From Spirochaetia bacterium (GTDB lineage Bacteria > Spirochaetota > Spirochaetia > CAKZLE01): a stretch of DNA of 64,000 nt. The translations under genes and the position numbers were made by a program. The DNA lies in contig OY782041.1 of NCBI GenBank assembly GCA_963677595.1, forward strand, positions 1,760,001-1,824,000, written 5' to 3'. Each line of letters opens with the position of its first letter. Position 1 is the first letter of the stretch. Shown in pieces: positions 57,766 to 64,000 of the stretch. The notes beneath the pieces are model-generated. The model had not been told where the DNA came from. It searched no databases and saw nothing but the letters and a program-made list of their open reading frames with translations.

Positions 57766-58824
57766 CTAGATGAGATCCTTCTGTGAGTAGCCCTCTGCTA
57801 TCGAAGGCAGGATGATCGCCGGCGGTATCAGGATGTCGCTCTCCAGCTCGATACTCGATACCAGATGCTTGAACAGGTGGTTCACCGCGACCCTGCCGAT
57901 CATCTGGGGATGACGGTCGAGCAGGGCGACGAGCCTGTCCTCGGAGAGGAGCTTCAGGTTCTCATCGAGGGTATCGACGGTGATGATCCGGTACTTGTCG
58001 AGCATGTCCCGTTCTTTCAGGGTATTGATGATCGCATGGGACTGCGAGATCCCGATGAAGATCCCGTTGACTTCGGGATACTCGTCGATCAGCTTATTCG
58101 TCAGCAGACTGCCGATCGTGTCATCATAGTGGTTCTCGTAGGTGACGATCACCTGGCTGCTGCTCTTCCTGATCGATTCCTCGAAACCGGTGATGGTATC
58201 GGCCTGGTTCGGGACATCCCGCTTGCCGATGAACACGGCATTGACGCCGTTGGGGTTGCAGAGATTCATCAGGTCCCCGGCAAGCATCCCTAGGACCCTT
58301 CCGTCATACTGCACGCACGATATGGAATGGAATCCCGGTAGGGTGTTGTTGATGGTCATGACCGGGATGCCCCGCTCCTCGATTATCGTATTGAAGTCAT
58401 TGTACTCCCGGTAGGGGATGGCAGGGTAGAGGATGACCCCGTCCGGTTTCTGGTCCAGGGTGTTCTCGAACGCCTTGAGTGTCTTGTCCTTGTCCAGCCG
58501 GTAATCTATGTTGTCGTCGATATTGTTGATCATGAGATTCACCCGGTAGTTCTTGAGGGCATCGGCTTCCCACCTCATCCCCTGGACCACCTTCTGCATG
58601 AACTCCCGGTTGCTCGCCTCTATGATCGCATGGATGTTCAGCTCCTTTCGCGCAAGGGTCTGGGCTACCACGTTGCTCGTGTAGTTCATCTGCCTGGCCA
58701 CCTGGAGGATCTCGTCGCGTTTCTTCTCGCTCACACCCTTCTTGTTGTGGAGTACCTTGTATACGGTGGTGGTAGAGACACCGGTAATCTTTGCTATGTC
58801 AGTGATGGTCGCCGCTTTCTTCAT
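57766..58824 (-). CDS. LacI family regulator
   Basis: TITDIAKITGVSTTTVYKVLH HTH plus periplasmic-binding-type domain; start at ATG 58824. Confidence 0.9.
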   Translation of the reverse strand: MKKAATITDIAKITGVSTTTVYKVLHNKKGVSEKKRDEILQVARQMNYTSNVVAQTLARKELNIHAIIEASNREFMQKVVQGMRWEADALKNYRVNLMINNIDDNIDYRLDKDKTLKAFENTLDQKPDGVILYPAIPYREYNDFNTIIEERGIPVMTINNTLPGFHSISCVQYDGRVLGMLAGDLMNLCNPNGVNAVFIGKRDVPNQADTITGFEESIRKSSSQVIVTYENHYDDTIGSLLTNKLIDEYPEVNGIFIGISQSHAIINTLKERDMLDKYRIITVDTLDENLKLLSEDRLVALLDRHPQMIGRVAVNHLFKHLVSSIELESDILIPPAIILPSIAEGYSQKDLI

Positions 58825-58988
58825 ATCTGCTTTTCCTGTTCTAAGGTATTCCCGATTATACTTCAATAAGGTAAAAATGTAAATATAAAACTTATATTAG
58901 ATGCAAAAGGGTAAAAAAACAAACCATAAATCAGCTGAAATGATACAATGTGTTGCAAAAATAGTGGAAAAAACTATAAAAAAAGATA

Positions 58989-59042
58989 TTGACGTATGAA
59001 AAAAGCTGCCATATAATCGGAATCAAGGTAAACGTTAAACCT
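58989..59042 (+). promoter_or_regulatory. sigma70 promoter with a downstream LacI-type operator
   Basis: TTGACG (58989)-N17-TATAAT (59012); imperfect palindrome AGGTAAACGTTAAACCT at 59026-59042. Confidence 0.75.
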
Positions 59043-59072
59043 AATACCAAATTTTTGATGAGGATTTGTATC

Positions 59073-60185
59073 ATGCCAGTTGTTAAAGTAGATTGGATTC
59101 CCACAGAGAATCCTGAAGTCCGGTTCGAGGACAATGTGATCGGGAGATTGAAGAAGGAAGTCTGGGATGCGGACTTGGCTCAGCTCGATAAATGGCTCGA
59201 GGAGGATTTTGAGATCCCGCAGCCGTCAGAGATCGGGAAGGCAAACTGCTACTACCAGACGACCCCGCTCGGGAAGTCAAACGAGAAGCGGAAGAAGAAC
59301 GATATCGTGTTCATCCCCGTGGGATGTACCGAATGCCATGGTGTCGCACTTCCCCCGGGACAGGACGTGTTCCAGGTCTCACAGTTCCTCGAGGGTGTTC
59401 GAAGATACACCGCGAAACTCGGGAAGGAGATCACCCTTGCCTGGCCGATCCTCTACGGCGGCCACCCGCACCACCACCTCGGGATGCCGGGAACGGTCGT
59501 CATCCCCCAGGACGTACTGACTGAACAGATCATTGCGATCATGCTGGGGCTGTGGAACGACGGGTACCGGAAGATCATCCTGGTCAACAACCACGGACAT
59601 ATGTATACCCTGGTCACCGCGATCCAGGAGTTCTGCAAGCGATTCCAGCTTCCTGGTATCTTCCAGGTATTCGACTGGATCACCACTACCCGTGAGTTCT
59701 TCATGCCGTTCTCCGGCAAGGAAGACGAACTGCAGGAGACCTTCACCCATGCGGCAGAATCAGAGACATCACTCGGTCTCCTGCTCAACCGGGAGATGCT
59801 TGATGAGTCGAAGTTCATGGACCGGCAGGGCAAGTCACTCATGAGGTCGGAATGGTTCGATAACTCGATCACCGACTACGGCCGACCCCACCAGTGGTGC
59901 GAGGGCGAGGGGCACAACGAGATAGAGATGTCCGCCGCACGTGACGGCGTACTCGGATGGCAGTCACTCGCACATCCTGACAAGGCAAAGAGGCCGGTGG
60001 TCGCGATCTGCAAGCTGCTCGTACAGTTCGTCGAGGATGTCCTGGCGGTCTATCCCCCGGGAACGGTCCCTGAGGCAGAGAAAGTGACCCTGAGGACCTC
60101 GGAGGAGATGGCACCATACCTGAAGGAACCGATGAGCGAGGGTTGGAAGACAGTCTACGGTATCCCTCGGATAGGATTGTTCTAG
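59073..60185 (+). CDS. Creatininase-family hydrolase, IolN (3-dehydro-scyllo-inosose hydrolase)-like
   Basis: IPVGCTECHG, HPHHHLGMPGTV, GLWNDGYRK, NNHG, HAAESETS, RP.QW and KEP..EGWK..Y recall Thermotoga IolN. Confidence 0.75.
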   Translation: MPVVKVDWIPTENPEVRFEDNVIGRLKKEVWDADLAQLDKWLEEDFEIPQPSEIGKANCYYQTTPLGKSNEKRKKNDIVFIPVGCTECHGVALPPGQDVFQVSQFLEGVRRYTAKLGKEITLAWPILYGGHPHHHLGMPGTVVIPQDVLTEQIIAIMLGLWNDGYRKIILVNNHGHMYTLVTAIQEFCKRFQLPGIFQVFDWITTTREFFMPFSGKEDELQETFTHAAESETSLGLLLNREMLDESKFMDRQGKSLMRSEWFDNSITDYGRPHQWCEGEGHNEIEMSAARDGVLGWQSLAHPDKAKRPVVAICKLLVQFVEDVLAVYPPGTVPEAEKVTLRTSEEMAPYLKEPMSEGWKTVYGIPRIGLF

Positions 60186-60203
60186 GAACAGGAGTGCAAT
60201 ACC

Positions 60204-61289
60204 ATGGGTAATAGAATCAAGGAGATACAGTGTTATCGTGCCGTGTCCAAGATCAGCAAACCGATCGCGGATGCTACGCATTCGATAGACCAGATCGCCT
60301 TCAACATCGTCGAGATCACCACCGAGAAGGGGGTGACCGGCCAGGGGTACCTGCTGGCATTCAACTACTCACGGAATGCTATCGAAGGGGCGCTGAAGGA
60401 TGTCTGTGAGTTCGTCGAGAACCATGAGTACCAGGTATATGAGATGCCGCGGGTCAGGAAGGACTGGGACGCAGAGGCAGAGTACTTCGGCAACTCAGGG
60501 ATCAACAACTCCGCCATCGCTGCCCTGAACATCGCCATGTGGGATGCATGGGGCAGGGAGAATGGCCAGCCGGTCTGGAAGATGCTCGGTGCATGTCATT
60601 CGAGGGTCCCGGTATACGGGAGCGGCGGCTGGCTCTCCTACACCGATGAGGAGCTGCTGGACGAGGTACTGGACTACAAGGGAAGGGGATTCAAGGCCGT
60701 GAAGATCAAGGTCGGGTCCCCTGAAGCCGGACGGGACCTCGAGCGGCTGAGGCTCTGCAGGGATGCATTGGGCCCGGGTGTGAGCATCATGATGGATGCC
60801 AACCAGGGGATGGATGTCCCCTCGGCGCTGACCCTTGCCACGAAGGCGAAGGAGCTCAATATACACTGGTTCGAGGAGCCTGTCGTCCATACCGATTTTG
60901 CCGGGTACAAGATGCTGCGGGACAACTGCGGGATCTCCCTGGCGATGGGGGAGCGGGAGTATGACTGTGAGGCGCTCAAGCACCTGATCGGTATCAATGC
61001 CCTCGATATGTGGCAGCCGGACATCGTCCGTTTGGGCGGTGTGGAGAGCTGGCTGGCATCCTCAGCGGTTGCCAATGCCTACAACCTCCCGGCCCTGCCT
61101 CATTATTATAAGGACTACGATGTCCCTCTGCTCTGCACGATCCCGAACGCGTACGGCTCGGAATCTTTCGACTGGATCGACGGGATCATCGACAATGTCA
61201 TGAGAGTGGAAGACGGATATGCGTATCCCCGAACCGGCCCGGGCTGGGGATTCACATTCAACGCAGAGAGCATGACGGAGGTGAAGTGA
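60204..61289 (+). CDS. Mandelate racemase/enolase superfamily protein (probable acid-sugar dehydratase)
   Basis: KxK (KIK), metal ligands DAN / EEP / GERE, QPD, His in LPH. Confidence 0.88.
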   Translation: MGNRIKEIQCYRAVSKISKPIADATHSIDQIAFNIVEITTEKGVTGQGYLLAFNYSRNAIEGALKDVCEFVENHEYQVYEMPRVRKDWDAEAEYFGNSGINNSAIAALNIAMWDAWGRENGQPVWKMLGACHSRVPVYGSGGWLSYTDEELLDEVLDYKGRGFKAVKIKVGSPEAGRDLERLRLCRDALGPGVSIMMDANQGMDVPSALTLATKAKELNIHWFEEPVVHTDFAGYKMLRDNCGISLAMGEREYDCEALKHLIGINALDMWQPDIVRLGGVESWLASSAVANAYNLPALPHYYKDYDVPLLCTIPNAYGSESFDWIDGIIDNVMRVEDGYAYPRTGPGWGFTFNAESMTEVK

Positions 61290-62053
61290 TGGACAGTACA
61301 GCATTCGTCAACGGTATGTTCGGGCTGGAGGGGCATGTAGGGATCGTGACCGGTGCCTCGCGGGGACTGGGCAAGTCCATTGCCTCCCGACTCGTGGAGG
61401 CTGGGGCGAAGGTCTACAACCTTGACGTGATCTCACCGGATGAGAAGGTGGAGAACGTGGTCGATATCCAGGTGGACCTGACCGACCGCGTGAAGACGAG
61501 GGAAGTCATCGACACCATCGCCACTGAAGAGGGGCAGCTCGATTTCCTGGTGAACAACGCCGGGATCACGTTCAAGAGCAGGGCTGAGGACTTCCCGATC
61601 GAGAAGTACCGGAAGATACAGGATATAAACCTGGAGACCGTGTTCGAACTGAGCCGGATGTGCTACCCCTACCTGAAAGGTTCTGAGTATATCGGGAGGA
61701 TCGTCAGCATATCATCGATGGCAGCCCATATGGGGTTCACGGATGTCGTCCCTTACTGCATCACCAAGTCGGGTGTGACGGGTCTGACTCGCGGCCTGGC
61801 TGAGGAGTGGAAGCACGACAACATCCGCGTGAACAGTGTGGCACCGGGCTGGGTCCTGACCAAGTTGAACGCCGAGCTGTTCGACAGGGATCCGTCCAGG
61901 AAGGAAGCTGCCGCGAGCAAGATCATGCTGGGAGAATTCGGTACCCCCGAAGATATCGGCAATATGGTCCTGTTCCTGCTGGGGAACGCATCGTCCTACC
62001 TTACTGGACAGGACTTCGCAGTTGACGGCGGTGCATTGACCCACGGGTTCTAG
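61286..62053 (+). CDS. SDR oxidoreductase (gluconate 5-dehydrogenase/KduD-like)
   Basis: TGASRGLG, NNAG, YCITK (YxxxK), VDGG motifs. Confidence 0.88.
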   Translation: MMDSTAFVNGMFGLEGHVGIVTGASRGLGKSIASRLVEAGAKVYNLDVISPDEKVENVVDIQVDLTDRVKTREVIDTIATEEGQLDFLVNNAGITFKSRAEDFPIEKYRKIQDINLETVFELSRMCYPYLKGSEYIGRIVSISSMAAHMGFTDVVPYCITKSGVTGLTRGLAEEWKHDNIRVNSVAPGWVLTKLNAELFDRDPSRKEAAASKIMLGEFGTPEDIGNMVLFLLGNASSYLTGQDFAVDGGALTHGF

Positions 62054-62226
62054 AGAGACCTGTCGGCTGCGTTCCCGGGCCGGGGAGAGAAGCTCTTTCC
62101 GGTTTTGGGAGCCGGGACGCAGCAGAAGGTATATGACATGATGAATCATGAGTTATACTACTCATAAGAAAATCGAAAAGAAGGAGAAGTGAGTCATAAC
62201 TTCCATATGATGCACGAAGTAAGATC

Positions 62227-63192
62227 ATGAAGAGAAGAAATCTGGTTTTGGTAATGATGGCAGTACTGCTGCTGGCTGGATCTGTATCCGTGTTCGCACA
62301 GGGCGGGCAGGAAAAAGCTGACGACGGGAACGTGAAGGTCGTCGCGATCGTCAAGAAACTCTCAAGCAGTTTCTGGACTGACATGAAAGATGGTATCGAG
62401 GCACAGGCTGGTGAATACGGCTGGGATGTAGAGGTCCTCTGCCCGGTGAACGAGACGAACGAAGAACAGATCCAGCTCCTCGAGATGGCACTGCTCGATC
62501 CTCCTGATGCGTTCCTGATCACACCGGTAGACTCGAAGGGTATCGCCCCGGTCATCGAGAAGATCAATGAAGCCGGGATCCCGATCATCAACTTCAACAC
62601 CAAGATCTCAGCAGATGACGTGGACGTGGAGACCTTCGTGGGCGTCGAGTACAAGCAGCTTGCGATCACCGCAGCTGAGGCGATCGCCAAGAAGGTCGAC
62701 TATAAGGCAAACATCCTGATGATCGAGGGAACTACCGGTTCACAGACCGCGATCGACATGAAAGAGGGTGCGAACTCCTTCTTCGCCAAGTATGACGGCC
62801 TGAAGGTCATCGACAGCATGCCTGCCAACTACCGAAGGGCAGACTCCCTGAACGTTACCCAGAACCTGCTGCAGAAGCATGCTGATGTGGATGTCATCTT
62901 CGCCTGTAACGGTGAGATGGCGCTCGGTGCCGCAGAAGCTGTACGACAGTCAGGACGAAAGGGTATCATGATCGCTACCCTGAACATGTCGGACGAGATC
63001 GCCCAGGCTATCCAGGATGGGACGATCACCCTGACCGTCGATGATGACTCTACGAACGTCGGCAAGCAGGCAGTCGTTGCTGCCAAGAAGGTACTGGACG
63101 GGATCAAGCTCCCTGCTGAATCGATGCAGGATGGTATCATCGTGGATTACGATGCATTGGATCCCTATCGAGCCAAATATGGTATAAACTAA
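62227..63192 (+). CDS. Monosaccharide ABC transporter substrate-binding protein (RbsB-like)
   Basis: Signal peptide ..AQGGQE; LSSSFW, AGIPII, IFACN.EMALGA motifs. Confidence 0.9.
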   Translation: MKRRNLVLVMMAVLLLAGSVSVFAQGGQEKADDGNVKVVAIVKKLSSSFWTDMKDGIEAQAGEYGWDVEVLCPVNETNEEQIQLLEMALLDPPDAFLITPVDSKGIAPVIEKINEAGIPIINFNTKISADDVDVETFVGVEYKQLAITAAEAIAKKVDYKANILMIEGTTGSQTAIDMKEGANSFFAKYDGLKVIDSMPANYRRADSLNVTQNLLQKHADVDVIFACNGEMALGAAEAVRQSGRKGIMIATLNMSDEIAQAIQDGTITLTVDDDSTNVGKQAVVAAKKVLDGIKLPAESMQDGIIVDYDALDPYRAKYGIN

Positions 63193-63213
63193 GACCGGGA
63201 TCAGTGTTATGGG

Positions 63214-63247
63214 ACAACCGGCTGGAGATACAGATTCAGCCGGTTGT
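63214..63247 (+). terminator. Intercistronic stem-loop after the SBP gene
   Basis: ACAACCGGCTG ... CAGCCGGTTGT 11-bp stem. Confidence 0.6.
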
Positions 63248-63269
63248 TCTCAAGAAGAGAGGTGTTACT

Positions 63270-64000
63270 GTGGCAGAACAAGAAAAACCTGTACTAATGG
63301 AAATAAAGCAGCTGAGGAAGGCATTTCCCGGGGTCCTGGCTGTCAATGATGTGAGCCTGACCATCAGGAAGGGCGAAGTCCATATCATCATAGGCGAGAA
63401 CGGGGCGGGAAAGTCGACACTCGTGAAGATGATGGCTGGTATCTATGAGATCAACGGCGGAGAGATGTTCGTCGAGGGTGAGAAATACGAACCATCGAAC
63501 GTTCTGCATGCCCAGAGGGCAGGCATCAACATGATCCACCAGGAGCTGAACGTGATGCCGCACAGGACCGTAGCCCAGAATATCTACGTGGGACGGGAAC
63601 CGGTGAAAGGCCCGCTGCGTATGGTCGATACCAGGAAGATGAACCAGATGTGCCGGGACCTCCTGAACAGCCTGGAGATCGATATCGATCCCGGGATGCA
63701 GATCAAGGACCTGAGCATAGCCCAGCAGCAGATGGTCGAGGTGGCCAAGGCGATCTCGAACAACAACAAGCTGCTGATCATGGACGAGCCGACATCGAGC
63801 CTTACCCACAAGGAGATCGACAGCCTGTTCAAGATGACCAGGAAGCTCCGTGATGACGGGGTGGCGATCATCTATATCTCGCACCGTATGCAGGAGCTCA
63901 TGGAGATCGGCGACGTCGTGACGATCATGCGTGACGGCTGCCATGTCGGGACCCGGAGGATCTCGGATGTCGATATGGCAGAGATCATCTACCTCATGGT
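63270..64000 (+). CDS. Monosaccharide ABC transporter ATP-binding protein (RbsA-like), 3'-truncated
   Basis: Absent from the ORF track because no stop falls in the window. GTG 63270 after GAGG gives ..KAFPGVLA, GENGAGKST, IHQEL, QQQMVE, IMDEPT, YISHR. Confidence 0.9.
   Translation, partial: MAEQEKPVLMEIKQLRKAFPGVLAVNDVSLTIRKGEVHIIIGENGAGKSTLVKMMAGIYEINGGEMFVEGEKYEPSNVLHAQRAGINMIHQELNVMPHRTVAQNIYVGREPVKGPLRMVDTRKMNQMCRDLLNSLEIDIDPGMQIKDLSIAQQQMVEVAKAISNNNKLLIMDEPTSSLTHKEIDSLFKMTRKLRDDGVAIIYISHRMQELMEIGDVVTIMRDGCHVGTRRISDVDMAEIIYLM

Noticed and set aside
1-64000. CRISPR arrays, tRNA/rRNA, IS elements, integrases, prophage genes, riboswitches
   Set aside because: No regularly spaced repeats, RNA-gene signatures, transposase or integrase motifs were seen by eye; a covariance-model search would be needed to exclude small RNAs.

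Overview
GC-rich (roughly 55-60% by eye) bacterial chromosomal region, densely coding and mostly catabolic or accessory. The exported binding proteins have signal peptides followed by AGG/QGxxE, which suggests a free-living anaerobic spirochaete (Spirochaetaceae/Sphaerochaeta-like); this is inference only. In order, the window holds: a partial AAA/DUF4143 ATPase; a reductive pyrimidine catabolism locus (ABC importer divergent from ureidopropionase-preA-hydA-Fe-ADH-aminotransferase) driven by two back-to-back sigma54 promoters; an orphan MNT and a second AAA/DUF4143; LysR-YeiH; TetR-amidase-DUF5058 pair; an EAL phosphodiesterase; a DapA-like aldolase; a Phd domain with a Lys-rich tail; a Moco cluster (moeA-moaA-moaC-MOSC-mog); an XRE-ImmA/PIN islet; a 20-kb tricarboxylate locus (citXG, oxidoreductase, RraA-like aldolase, TctCBA, amidohydrolase, PrpR-like activator, B3-like MBL, LysR, aconitase, monomeric ICD, citDEFC); a Pif1-like helicase; a LacI-controlled sugar ABC-DUF4434-AGE cluster; a dipeptidase; and a LacI-controlled IolN-enolase-SDR-Rbs-like ABC operon running off the end. 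Strongest leads: (1) a sigma54/PrpR-like regulon defined by a shared 31-bp upstream element, linking a B3-like metallo-beta-lactamase homolog and an amidohydrolase to citrate lyase; (2) a circularly permuted NMT1/THI5 binding protein; (3) a probably membrane-anchored Pif1-like helicase split by a 1-nt frameshift; (4) an orphan Phd domain with a histone H1-like tail; (5) a possible variant inositol/ketoaldonate pathway. I saw no rRNA, tRNA, CRISPR array, integrase or transposase. All family calls come from motif recognition by eye, not from database searches.
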